This document shows, piece by piece, positions 1-11,699 of a DNA stretch of 64,000 bases. The notes beneath the pieces are model-generated. The model did no database searches. It was not told the origin of the DNA and saw nothing but the letters and a program-made list of their open reading frames with translations. The position numbers and the translations under genes were made by a program. Origin of the DNA: Balamuthia mandrillaris (Eukaryota); NCBI GenBank assembly GCA_031835245.2, contig JAVKOQ020000073.1:62001-126000 (forward strand), written 5' to 3'. Positions within the stretch are counted from its first letter, which is position 1. Every line of letters starts with the position of its first letter.

Positions 1-2014
1 AAGTCTAGCTCATAGTGCTCCCACACGTCGTATGTGTCCTCATCGAGGGCAAACAGCTGCCATAGTTTCTTGAGGATGACCTGGTTGTTGTTGCTGCGGC
101 CTCGCAGCTTGTCATCAATGAGCCGTTTTACCAATGCTTTCCTGCGCTCACGAGCTTCCCTCAGCGCCACTAATCGTTCCACTTCCTGTCTCACTAACAG
201 CCGCTGCTCATCCGCTCTGCTAGGTCCCAACAGATTCCACCCGGCCATGGCTTCCCTCTTGTACAGCTTCCAGGGCTTCTGCCCTTCCTCTCCCTCCTTT
301 TGGTCCCTGGCATTATTACGGACCCACCGCCAAGGAATGCCTTGCTTTTCCAGAACCTGGCGAATAGTCTGCAGCACCATCTTCACCATGCTCCACTTCA
401 GTCCATCCGCCATTGCCCTTCGCACGCCCTCTTCTCCGGTCACAACGCTTGATTTTCCTTTCTGTTTGCTTTCACCACTATTTTCACCTTCTCCTCCATT
501 TGGGGTCGCAGCAGGTCCTCTTATCTCTCCAGTGAGAACCCACTCGTAGAAGGCCAGACTCTCATCTTTGATTAAGTCCTCGAAAATGTCTTCCCCAAGA
601 CCCACCTCCGCAAAGGCTGCTTTGATCCTCTCTGCCCGTTTCTCTATGTCTACGGTGAGGGCGTTCCGCTGCTCTAGTTTCTTTTGCAGTTCGGTTCGCT
701 TGCGGCCCACTTCGCGGGCAAGGCCCAGCAAATCTGCTCTTGTGACTTCTTTCGTGTATTGCGTTATGTACTTCTTGACTAAGCGATGCCGGTGAACCAA
801 TGACCAGTCGATCCCTCTGTTCAAGAAGAAAGCCATCACCCGCTGTCTTCTTTCTTTCATCACGCGATAATTTTGTAGTCTCCAAAGACTCTCCTTCAGT
901 GCCTTTGATGTATTTGGTTTCCTCATCAACAAAGCTGCCGATGGAAGGAAGCCCTTCTTTTCCAGTTTTTTGCCAAGGTCCTACATGATGGAGTAGATAG
1001 GGTCATTACAACACCAAGAGGGGTTGGACGAGAATGCGCGCAAGGAGGCAGGATGGAAGTAGGAGAGGGAGGGAGGGAGGGAGAGAGAGGGAGAGAGGGA
1101 GAGAGAGAGAGAGAGAGAGCAGACAATACCAATTTAACATTTCCTTTCTTCTTGGCCCGTTCCATGGACTTCAGACGCTTTCTCTCCCGCAACTGCCTCA
1201 AGCCAACGGGACCGTGCTTGGAGAGCGAGTAACGCATGACCTCGCGAAGGCGCCACCACTTCTTCCCGCTTGCACGGTCCCTCTTGTAGAGGGCCTCTCG
1301 CTCCTGCGGATTGAGGCCCCAGTCCCTCGTCACCTCCCCCTCTTGGAGAGGGTAGGCCTCGGCGCCCTCCACCGGAGGAGCATTGTATCGGTAGGGAAAG
1401 CACGAGTGACAGAGGGCCAGAGTGGCATCGGCATAGCTCAACCCTGTAGAGGGAGGAGAGGGCTCCTCCACCTGGCTCTTCTTTTTCTTGCCTTTCTTCT
1501 TTCTTCCGTCGGCCAGCATGGCTGCCGTGTCGATCGTGTTGTTGCTTGTGGTGGTGGTGGCGGCGGTGGTAGAAGTGGAGGCAGTAATCGGCAGAAGAGG
1601 TGAGAAGCAAAGAGAACATTTGTGACGCTTCTTCATGGCACGAAGCACGTACTCATGCTTCCACATTAGCGGGCTGCTGCCAGCCTCTGGTCGTAACAGC
1701 AGATGATCCTCTTCACCTGTAGCCGTGCTGTTGCCACCAACACCCATTTCCTCTGAAGAGGCACCTCCTCCGCCTTCTGCTGCCATGGTGTTGCTGGAGG
1801 AAACGGAGGATCCTCCGGGTGGCTGCGCGTTAGCATCCGTGGAGGACAGCAGGAGACCCTCTTTCTTCATTTGGCCCTTCCACAGCCCAGCAGAGTCATC
1901 GATGAGGGCCTTGTAGCGCTTTGACAGGCAGCACAGCCGCCCAAGATCTGCTCCCTCCACAAAACTCAGAACGTGGGCCACCGTTTCCAAGGAGAGCTGG
2001 TCTAAAATATCCAT
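1..2014 (-). CDS. F-box protein with XPA-like zinc finger/DNA-binding region; 3' end runs off the window
   Basis: ATG at 2014 gives MDILDQLSLETVAHVLSFVEGADLGRLCCLSKRYKALIDDSAGLWK (F-box). CSLC...CHSC and WWRLREVMRYSLSKHGPVGLRQLRERK follow. After a CT-rich intron (~1130-981) an open frame (DLGKKLEKK...) continues to position 1. Confidence 0.75.
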
Positions 2015-3347
2015 CAGGAATAATGTCCCCAAAAGCACCACCCGCCTTCGCCCCCTCCTCCTCCTCTTCTTCTGCGTGGCTCGTGTGCCTCCTCCTTTGT
2101 TCCCTCTCTCCTTGGTCACCCACCCACCAGCAAAACGCGGTGGTCTATTTTTTTTTTGTTTTTGTTTTTAAAATGTTTTTGCAGTTTGGTGGTTGTGGTT
2201 CTTCTACCTTTTTTTTTTATTTTTTTTTAAATATTTGGTTAAGAAAATATTTAATTGGGCTCATTGGCGGCCAAGGCTCTTCCGTTTCCTCTTTTTTTTT
2301 TTTGTTTGCTTGCTCGTTGGCGTGGACCCGCCCTTCCCTTCCGTTCGCTCGTTGCCCGTCTGTTTGGGTTCTGCTTGCGATGGGTCCCGCCTCCTTTTTT
2401 CCTTCTCTTATTTTTATTCTTCTCTCTCTCAGAGCTTCCAACCAAACAAGCAAGCAAGCAAGCTGCCAACACCACACGGACGGGGTCCCCTGCTCTGTCT
2501 CTGCTGCTTTGCAGCACAAAACCGCAAAGGGCGCGATAAGGAGTGACGTCGACAGGCTCTGACCAGAAGGTTGCCAACTGTGAGCATGATGTCAGCATCT
2601 CGGTAAATCAGGAAGGCATGATGTCATCATCTCGGAGAAATGCGAAAAAACGGCGAAAAAAACCATCGTACACGACCACCCCCCCCAAAAGAAAGTAGCA
2701 GAAGCAAAAATTGTTTGACTGCACGGCTCACGGCTACCGCCCTTTCCCACCACCAGCACCACCCTCAACGCTTTTTTATTGCTTTATTGCTTTGAGCATT
2801 GCTTGTGTTGTTTGCCTTTGGTCAAACGTTTAGGCGAAAACCTGTGTATTATTTATTTTTTTCAAAAAGATTCCCTCCCCCAAAAAGAGAAGCTGGACGG
2901 TGGTGATGGCCTCTACCAACAATAACAACCACGAGAAGGAAGGTTACGGTAGTCCTTCCGCAGCTACCGCTACCGACCAAGGGGGTTCAACTACACACCG
3001 CAAACGACAGCCCCCAAAAAAGTCTTGCATCAACTGCAGAAAGTCGCACACCGCTTGCGACCCTGGTACCTAACCCTTGTTTTTTTTTTTTTCGAAAAAT
3101 TCTGTCTTCTTCTTGCTCTGCTTTTCTTGTGCTTCTTCTCCTCTTCTTTATTCTTCTTTGTTCTTCTTCTTCTTCTTCTTTGAACTCATTTAAAAATGTA
3201 ACCCAAAAACAAAAAAAAGGACGGCCTTGCAAACGCTGCATCAAAACGGGGAATGAGGCCACTTGCTGCGACGCCCCGCAGAGAAAGAAAGGAAGGAAGC
3301 CGTTGAACAAAGCTATAAACGGACACAGCACCTCTGCCCACTCTTTT

Positions 3348-5789
3348 ATGCAGGCAGCAACCGTGTTGCCTTCTCCCTCCTTCTTTCCAAGTGAAGGTAG
3401 AAGTATAGAGCAGCAGCAGCAAACTATTCTTCAACCGCAACACTATCATCACGCACGACACCAGCAACAACAGTCACGGTCACCACAGCAGCAACACTTA
3501 TTCTCGATGCTGCTGCAGCAACAACGACGGCCAACCACATTACCTCTTCCAAGAGAAGACCCAACGAACCGTTTCTCTGACCAACACACAACCCCACTAT
3601 CCTCTTCTTCGTCATCGTCATCTGTACCCACTCCTGCTACTTCAGCAACTCGCTCTACTGCTGCCTCCGCTTCGACGTTCGGTGGTAGCTCCTACCCCAA
3701 CTCTTCAGACTATTGCAGTTCTTCTTCACTTTCCTCGCCAGAGTGTATCGATGATACCCACACCAACCACCAAACTGATAGTGGCTCGTCGCGTCAACAC
3801 CCTACAGTAGCCACAAGCCCTCGCTTTTCCTACGGAGGTGTACCATTCTCCCCTCTCAATAGCCAGCGCAATTTTCTTCATGGCCGTTCGGAGGAGGCCC
3901 ATGCAGCAGATGCTTCTTCTCCAAATAGCCACAATATCACCCACAAACGGCCGTTCCACCACCTCAACAAAGAAAGAAATGATGACGAAGAGTCAGAAGA
4001 CGTTCGTAGCGGATATCAACAACGTAGCAACCACCACCAACACCAACATCATCATCATGGCTTGCCTTTTTCTCAGAGTCAAAGTCCTGGTCACCCTCAC
4101 ACTCTACCTCCTCCACTCCATCACCACTTCCATCCATTACAGCACCAACACCAACACCAACAGCAGTATAGCGCTCCATCGGATAGCAAGAGACGAAAAA
4201 CTGTTGCGAGTGATAATGGTGTTGTTGAGGGCAGCTTTAGCGGTTTTGGTATCGGAGGTACAGGAAGCAAAGTTGAGAGACTAGTGGAGAAAGCTGTCAA
4301 AAGAAACACCAAAAAACTTAGACGCGAGCTCAAGAAACTAAGACGAGACAACGAACAGATCATGCACCAATTATTTACTATGCAGTCTACTCTGGTTCAA
4401 CTTACGCAAAGATTACCTTCACCTTCCTCTGCACAACAACAGCCACCACCTACGCCACAACAGTCGCCACTACAACGTCAACAACAAATTTCGGAGCAAC
4501 AACGTCCAACAAATGGATCCTCCTCTAGCAAGCGAGATCGCTCACATGTCGAAGCTTACTCTTCCTCCTCCTCCTCCTCCTCCTCCGCCTACCTTTATCT
4601 CAACGAGGGACAACTCCCTGAAGACCTTGCCTACAACAGTTCATTTATTTCGTCTCTCTTCGCCTCTCAGTTTGGAACCATGTCACCAAGACCTTCCCTA
4701 TCTCTACCCCCGTCCTTACCAGCACCGTCTGATACCAATACTGTTGACCATTTCCGGCCGATTCCATCGCTGCAAACCACTGATAGTAAGGTCTATGCTT
4801 TCATTCGCTTCATTAAACCGCACATGCAGCCGGGCATTGTTGCCATCAGCAAGGGTTGGAGCCTTTTGTTTGAATATACTTTGGTAGGTTTGCTCTTTCG
4901 ATTTCGTTTTTTTTTTCATTTGTTTCCCTTTGCTTGATGCCACCATACTTATTTTTTATCTCTTGTGCTGCAGAACGAAATACACGGCAAAACGCCAAGA
5001 GAGGTAGGTTTTATTCCGGCAGAGTTTGGACATTGGGCATTTCATGAGTTTTCTGCGTTAATGGAACCTCCTCCTCCTGGCTCATTTACCAAGTGTTACA
5101 GGTCCGTTAGGCTTATTCACTTCCTGTTCTTTTTTTTACATTCTCGTCATTCTTTTTCAAGTTGCTTAAAAAAATTGCACATGAACTACAGAATGCGTTG
5201 CATATTTCAATCGAAAAGTGGTAAACGCTTCGAGGCAACCACCACTCATATCATCCTCTTCGCCGCAAAACTCGGAAAGATGGTGATGGAGCGAGCTTTT
5301 TGCATATGGGACGACATCTCCACCTCCATAACGCCCAGCATACATCACTATCTGGTGGCCGCCACGGAGCGTCTCGACCGTACTTGTCACTGCCAACAAC
5401 AAGTGGGCGGGTTTTGTTCGGGACGCATCATGACGGACGACAGCAGTACCTCTATCTCCCCTCCTTTCTCCTTCTCGCCCGCGGAAGCCTCTTCCACCAC
5501 TTCTGCTGACGATGACGAGGAAGCCGGTTGTAGTAGCAGCGGAGAAAGTTTAGGCAAACCGGATGTTGGCGGGGGAGCAAGTTGTTGTGGCGGGGGCGGT
5601 CCGCCTCTGTCTTCTTGTTCTTCGGGACAAACGCCAGCACCATCATCTTCCCTATGCATGACAACAACGGATGCTCCCCCTTCTTCAGGATGTTTGTTGC
5701 CAGCGGGGCCTTGCCCAACCAGCCCTCAACCATTCGATGCATTGCTCTCTCTTTCCCCCTCTTTCTATCCCGTTGTGCACGAATCCTAA
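3348..5789 (+). CDS. Low-complexity Q/H/S-rich protein with coiled coil and PAS-like domain, putative transcription regulator (3 exons)
   Basis: Long ORF with a basic/coiled-coil segment (KRNTKKLRRELKKLRRDNEQIMHQLFTMQSTLVQL). Splicing at ~4883-4973 joins IVAISKGWSLLFEYTL|NEIHGKTPREVGFIP, which is PAS-like. A second intron lies at ~5102-5191. Confidence 0.6.
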
Positions 5790-6137
5790 TACAGCAGCTG
5801 CATCTGTGAATACCTCAGATTCTACCCTCAAAAAAAGGAGAAGAAATGTTTTCGATGTGGCACGTGCCCCCCGCCGTTTGGTCTGTGTGTGCTTGTGAAC
5901 AGTCTTTGTCTTTTGCCACCAAAACCTGCATGCATGGTCGTCTTCAAAGGGTTGGGTTTTCATCGAGTTTAGCTCCACAAACCAACCCCAAGGCCTGCCC
6001 GCCATCCCTCATGAGAGCTAATAAAGGTGGGCACGTTTATTTAGAATAAATAAAAACAAAACCAAAAAAGAAAAACAAAACCGAACAAACGAACAAAGCA
6101 CACAACAAAAGAGAAGAGGACACCAAGCAACAACATC

Positions 6138-6938
6138 ATGCTGAGGTTGTTGGGGCGTGCACTTTTGTGGGGCTGGACCGCGTTGCTGTTTTTGTATTGC
6201 TTCGATGCCACCTACTTCTTTTCCTACCACGTGACCCTGGCCGCCCTCTCCTACGTTGTTTTGATGGGAGAGGCCGTGCTGATGCTCACCTACACTCCTT
6301 CCTCCGCGGATAGCCTTTTGAACTCATCGTGCAGTGGTTCCACTTCCACCTCCCCCTCCTCTTCCCTATCTTCTTCTGCCGTGTGTGACGGCATCGAACA
6401 GAGCCTCTCCCGCAGACAACGCAAGAGCGTGCATGCCTACCTGCAGCTGGTTGCTTTCCTCCTGGCCGTCGCCTCCTTCTACGTCGTCGTGCAGAACAAG
6501 TTCAACCTCGGCAAGCACCACTTCAAGTCGTGGCACTCGTGGTTCGGCCTCTTGGCCTTTGTGTGCCTCCTCCTGAACGTGGCAACCGGCGCGGCCAGCT
6601 TTTGGCTGCACTCCTTCCTTCGTAACAAGCTTGGCTTGTCCGCAGGCTCCATCGCCGCTTTTCTCCGGTGGCACAGAAACTTTGCCAAGGTCATGTGGGG
6701 CCTCGCCATTCTGGCCATTCTGGTCGGCTTGCAGACCAGCTACATGGGGAAGCAAGGGGCCACCTCCTCGATGGTGCTGCTCCTGTCGTTGCTGCTTGCT
6801 GCCGCTTGGCTGCTCGTCTCTTACTTCAGTGGCCACCCTTCTTCTTCTCCTCTTCGTTGGGGATACCAGGCTCCCACTTCCTCCTGCTCGCCTGCTTCTT
6901 CTCCTTCTTTGGATGCTGTTTCTTCTCCCTTGAAGTGA
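6138..6938 (+). CDS. Cytochrome b561 domain-containing membrane protein
   Basis: Single exon with about 6 hydrophobic helices and heme-ligand His motifs (SYH, VHAYLQ, KHHFKSWHSWFGL, LRWHRNF). Confidence 0.88.
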   Translation: MLRLLGRALLWGWTALLFLYCFDATYFFSYHVTLAALSYVVLMGEAVLMLTYTPSSADSLLNSSCSGSTSTSPSSSLSSSAVCDGIEQSLSRRQRKSVHAYLQLVAFLLAVASFYVVVQNKFNLGKHHFKSWHSWFGLLAFVCLLLNVATGAASFWLHSFLRNKLGLSAGSIAAFLRWHRNFAKVMWGLAILAILVGLQTSYMGKQGATSSMVLLLSLLLAAAWLLVSYFSGHPSSSPLRWGYQAPTSSCSPASSPSLDAVSSPLK

Positions 6939-7014
6939 TACCACTTTCATACAGATACAGAGAGAAGGAAATAAAGAACTCACTTATTGTTTGTAACGCT
7001 TGTTTTAAATAGTC

Positions 7015-7047
<33 letters not shown>

Positions 7048-7067
7048 ACAAGGCAACATTATGATGT

Positions 7068-8216
7068 CTAGGATTGTTGTTTGCTGAGAGGGTCGATGCC
7101 CATCTGCTTCATCTTGACAGCAGCCTCAAAAAGATAGTCATAGCACTCGCACTGAGTCTTTGCTTCTTGCCACGTCTCCCTTTTCAAGTTGTTAGTAATG
7201 CAGTTGGAGAGATAAAGAGAGAGCAAAAGAGAAAGCTACCCCCAAACGTAAACGCCATGCCTGCGAACAAGTACGGCGGTGGCCTTGGGATACTTCTCCA
7301 TGGCAGCAGCCATGCTGTCCTTCAGCTCAGCCTCGTGGGGAGTGTTATCGATAATGGGAACGACGAGGGTGTCGAGGAATCCATGGCCCTTAATTCCCTT
7401 TATCATTTCTTGGTGAGTGATCCGGAACTCATCTTCGTAGAGCATTGTCACCAGCATGGCGTTCATCGAGTGGCTATTCGTTAATAGCGAACGAAAATGA
7501 ATATGGGTTAGAGAGAGTGCAGAGAGTGCAGAGAGGTGCAGAGTGCAGAGAGGGGGTGAGAGTGCAGAGAAGGGGAAAGAGCAGAGAGAAAAGGAGAGTT
7601 ACGTGTGAATGCAAGCTCCCGCGTTACGCATGTTGTAAGCGTTAAAGAACAGCGGAGTGCAAGCACTGTTTTTGCCATACAGAAAACAGAAAGAATTCAG
7701 TCAGCCGGCTAAAAACAAGTTCATGCATGAACAAAAGAGTAACCAGCAGGCGGTACCTGGGACGTAAGCACTCTCCAGCAGGAGTGTGTTGCAGTTCGCC
7801 TGCCTAGTTTCGTATTTAGTGTCAGTTTCGTAACGAGAGAAGCAGAAAGAGGAAGGGAGAAGGAAGGAGAAGGAGAAGAAAAATAAGAAGAACAGAAGGG
7901 GAGGAAGAAAAGGATACCCGGTTGTAGATAAACATGTCATCGGTGTGAACGCGCTCTTTCTGAACGCCAGAGGGCGCTATGTAGACCTCCTCTCTTTTGG
8001 TAGCACATCAGGACGTATCAGTAACGCAACGCTGCAAGAAATAAATAGAGAGAGAAGGAGGAGAAAAAAAAAATAAAGTTACCCATTACGAATGCTGATG
8101 CCACCGCCAGTTCCAGTGACCCAACCAAGGTGGTAGAATTGTCTCAAGAGCTCAGGTATGAGGGAGCGGGGGTGCTCGGGATGTTCCTCCGGCACGGCGG
8201 CAGCCTTGTCTTGCAT
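7068..8216 (-). CDS. APIP: Methylthioribulose-1-phosphate dehydratase (methionine salvage), multi-exon
   Basis: Motifs [67 protein letters not shown] and [15 protein letters not shown] are joined across GT-AG introns. Confidence 0.95.
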
Positions 8217-8530
8217 CGCGAGCAGTCTCTCTCCTTTCTTTCCGACAACCCAAATAAAAATCGATACGTCGACATTATTTGACGACATGTTGCTGGAGGG
8301 GTCACTTGGTATACAATTTCCCTAAAAAAGAAATTAATCTAATAATTCATTCTTTAAAAAGGAAATAAAACGCCGTTTCGCCCAACAAGCAAACGCTTTT
8401 CGAAAAAAATAAAAGGGGGGAGAGAGGTCAGCTCAAGGCCGCTTCACTTCGGTTGTAAACGAGAGCTGGGGTTAGAGTAGTCACGTCCATTCTACCTCGC
8501 GCATCATCACCATTTGACCAACCAAAGAGA

Positions 8531-9583
8531 ATGAGCTCCAACTTTTTTTCCAAGTTTGGGGGAGAAGATGTGAATAGAGCGGCAGAGAAAAAGGAGGAGG
8601 ATCTTCTAAACAAGTACAAGATCGGACCTGGAGAAGCATCTACCGCAACGGCCTCTGTCATCATCAGGACCGAAAGGGAAGTGCACAACAGCAGTAGAAG
8701 CATGCCCAAGCAAGAAGAGGACCTCTTGAACAAGTACAAAATACAACGCAAGGGCGGAGAGAAAGCCCCCGACTCTCCCTCGGAACCTTTGCGTCAAGTC
8801 AAGAACATGCACATCACAGAAAAGAAAGACAGCGAGGAGGACTCCGCCTTAGATCAGTACCGAGTTCACACCAATGTCGGTAGTGCCCCATCTTCAAACA
8901 CCAACTTCCCATCCGGCAGCTTTGTGGCGAGGGAGATCAAAGGCATGAACCACATCCCCAAAGAGCCAAAGCCTCAGGAGTCCAGTCTCGATAAATACAA
9001 GATCAACAACAAGTCTCCGTCACCAGCCGCTGCGCCTGTACCTGCGCCTGCACCCGCGCCAGCCGCCAAATCCGCACCAACCTCAGCGGCTCAGCTGCGC
9101 CTTCAAAGACAAGGCATTCACATCCCTCAGAGCCAACCACAACCGCAACCGCAACCGCAACCGCAACCACAAGCCTCTGTTAAGAGAGACGAAGACCCAC
9201 TTGCCAAGTATAAGGTACAATCAGCGCCTTCCACCTCCCAACAACATCGACCGCAACAACAACCAAAGCAGACCACATCATCAGCTGCTCCTTCCATCAA
9301 GAAGAGTAACGACGAAGGTGACTTTTCTCTCGACAAGTACCGCATTCCAGCAGGTGGCGGCGGGGGTGCTAGTGCTACTGTTGGTGGCGGCAACAGAGAA
9401 AAGGAGACAGCTATTCCAGAGGGACTTGAGGCGTATAAGATAGGTAGCGCTCCTCCAACCGAAGAGGACCTTGGCTTTAATAGCGAGGGCACGTTCCTCA
9501 AGATCGTCAAAGCCTCCAGGAAGAGCAGTCGGAGCCAGAGACCCGCCTCCGACTTTTTGGACAAGTATAAAGTTAGCAAATAA
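8531..9583 (+). CDS. Intrinsically disordered protein with 8 copies of an L-x-x-Y-[KR]-[IV] motif
   Basis: 350-aa single-exon ORF, divergent from APIP. Repeated motifs (DLLNKYKI etc.) are separated by P/Q/A-rich linkers. Confidence 0.75.
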   Translation: MSSNFFSKFGGEDVNRAAEKKEEDLLNKYKIGPGEASTATASVIIRTEREVHNSSRSMPKQEEDLLNKYKIQRKGGEKAPDSPSEPLRQVKNMHITEKKDSEEDSALDQYRVHTNVGSAPSSNTNFPSGSFVAREIKGMNHIPKEPKPQESSLDKYKINNKSPSPAAAPVPAPAPAPAAKSAPTSAAQLRLQRQGIHIPQSQPQPQPQPQPQPQASVKRDEDPLAKYKVQSAPSTSQQHRPQQQPKQTTSSAAPSIKKSNDEGDFSLDKYRIPAGGGGGASATVGGGNREKETAIPEGLEAYKIGSAPPTEEDLGFNSEGTFLKIVKASRKSSRSQRPASDFLDKYKVSK

Positions 9584-9676
9584 GATAAATAAGACGTTGG
9601 CGATACATAAATGAGAGAAAGGAGAAGAAGAAGCCAATAAGAGAGCCAATGAAATGTACAGCTTCGAAAAAAAATG

Positions 9677-10073
9677 CTATAGTTGTTCTTGAATAAGTTG
9701 ACTTCCTAGTTCGTAGGCGAGCAGCATCACTGCATTCACTGGAAATGCTCTGAGGAGAGTTGGTGTTAGTCCTCTATAGAACTCCTTAAGGCCGCCCCTG
9801 TTCAACGTTTGAAGCGCACAGTCATAAATGCCACTGTATCTCTGCGATTGTTGTGTTTGAAGCCGCGTCTTAACTACATCTAAAGGATATGCTGTAGCGA
9901 GTTATGGTTAACACGAAGTGGCGATGCCTGAAACAAAGTGGAATCAGAAAGTGTACCTGTTGCCCAACCAAGACAACCAGCTACTCCTCCTATGCATAGC
10001 TGCACGATCATGTTGCTGAAAACGGAATTGTTTCTTTGGCCGAACGTTCTATAAGGTGACACAAAAAAACTTC

Positions 10074-10108
<35 letters not shown>

Positions 10109-11098
10109 AATGACAAGAAAGAAACGACAAGAAAGAAAGAAAGAAAAAAAAGAAAGAAACGACAAGAAAGAAAGAAACGACAAGAAAGAAACGACAAGAA
10201 AGAAAGAACGAAAGAAAGAACCGTTTCATCCAGTGATAACTACCAAGGTACATAGACAGACTAAAGCAATCTCGCAAAACGGTTGCTGTCCATCCTCGCC
10301 ATAGCCCAGCGACACCTTCCGTTTTGAGAGTATGTTTAACGCAATGCCAAGGTCCGTTGTACCAAACACCACCACGGGTGGAGCTTGAAGCGGCGAACCT
10401 TCTCTGTATCTGCAGCCGGGACTTGACGAGGTCGATAGGCGTGTTGAAGTTAGACACGAAAAAACTGCATAACCCGCCGGCGAGAAATATTTGCGGCAAC
10501 GACAGGAGGTTAACGTCGTCAAAGCCAGACACCGCTCGCGTGGTAATGCTGAAAGATCCAAAAAGCACCGAAGCAACAACAGAGGAACCCAGCATCGGCG
10601 TTAGCATGCCTGAGAGAGGATGACCTAAGTTAGCGCGACCATCGTTGCTTCTTCTTGCCACTTCATAGTCTTCTCTTCCTACTTTTCTCTGCTTCTCAGC
10701 TTTTCTCTTTTTCTCTCTTCTTTCGTTCTCTTCCTTTTGGCTACCTTTATAAAAGCCAACGAGGCCTTCAGCGCGCCATGTGCTACGAACGCACTCCCCA
10801 AGGCCAGCATAAAGCAACCGTTGCGTCCCATATTGAGCTTGCAGTCTCACCTATTCTCCCCGTTAGAAGTGAAAGTTGCACGAAACACTCCGAGACAACT
10901 CTGGAAGCGAACCTTCACCGTGTCGAAAGGATGGCCAGCGCACACCCCCGCCATACCAGCGAAAGATCCGACAAACAAGTTCTGTGCATGCCGCCGGTAG
11001 TCGTGGAGGTTTCGCTCTAATGGCTGCTGCAGGTCGGCGGCGGTTGCCGTTGTTGTTGTGAGTGGCCCCTCGGACCAGCCACAACAAGGTGTCCCCAT
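9677..11098 (-). CDS. Mitochondrial carrier (SLC25 family, carnitine/ornithine/basic amino acid-like), multi-exon
   Basis: Three carrier signatures (HPFDTVKVRLQ, TPIDLVKSRLQ, YPLDVVKTRLQ), plus EGLVGFYKG, EGVAGLWRG and a C-terminal RAFPVNAVMLLAYE. Confidence 0.92.
10073..10220. repeat. Intronic degenerate tandem repeat (AAGAAAGAAACGAC-like units)
   Basis: Visible AAAG/AAACGAC periodicity inside a carrier intron. Confidence 0.7.
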
Positions 11099-11699
11099 AC
11101 AGCACCCTCCTTCCCTCTTCTTCGTTTCCTCCCCACCACCTGGCGCCTCTAATTCTGCATCCTGTCGGTCTTTTCAACCTCGTTATCTGGCCGATAGTGG
11201 TGCTCCCGCTAACCAGGAGAATTCTTTTTCGCATCTGTTTTCACAAATATCGGAATTTTTAATTATCCGATCACGGAGTTACATCTACCAATCGGAAGCA
11301 TCCGGAACTAGTCAAATTACGCACCCGTTCTAATAAACAAAATAAAGCTCCGGCGAATGGGAAAACGGATGATTTGTGCACACACGTCACCATGTCTTTC
11401 CTTTTGGTGGTAACTCAACCAATCCCGAAACACCAAGGCTGAAAAAGGAAATAATACCTGAACTCCGAAAATTCAAGAGGTTCCTAATTTTTCACCGTAT
11501 TTAACGGCTCTTTGCCGTGCCACGCTGCTTCTCTTTTTTTCATCCATCTGTCAAACGGAGCGGAGCTCTGCCTTTGGCCAACACAGCAAAAAGAACACCC
11601 ACACAGAAAAAAACGCGCGTAGGGCAGTAATTCCGCTGATGCACCTTACACACGTCACCACCCCCACCCCACGCCAAGCTAAATTTTTGTCGACAACTT

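Noticed and set aside
34..549. Plus-strand 171-aa ORF
   Set aside because: It is antisense to the continuing last exon of the F-box gene.
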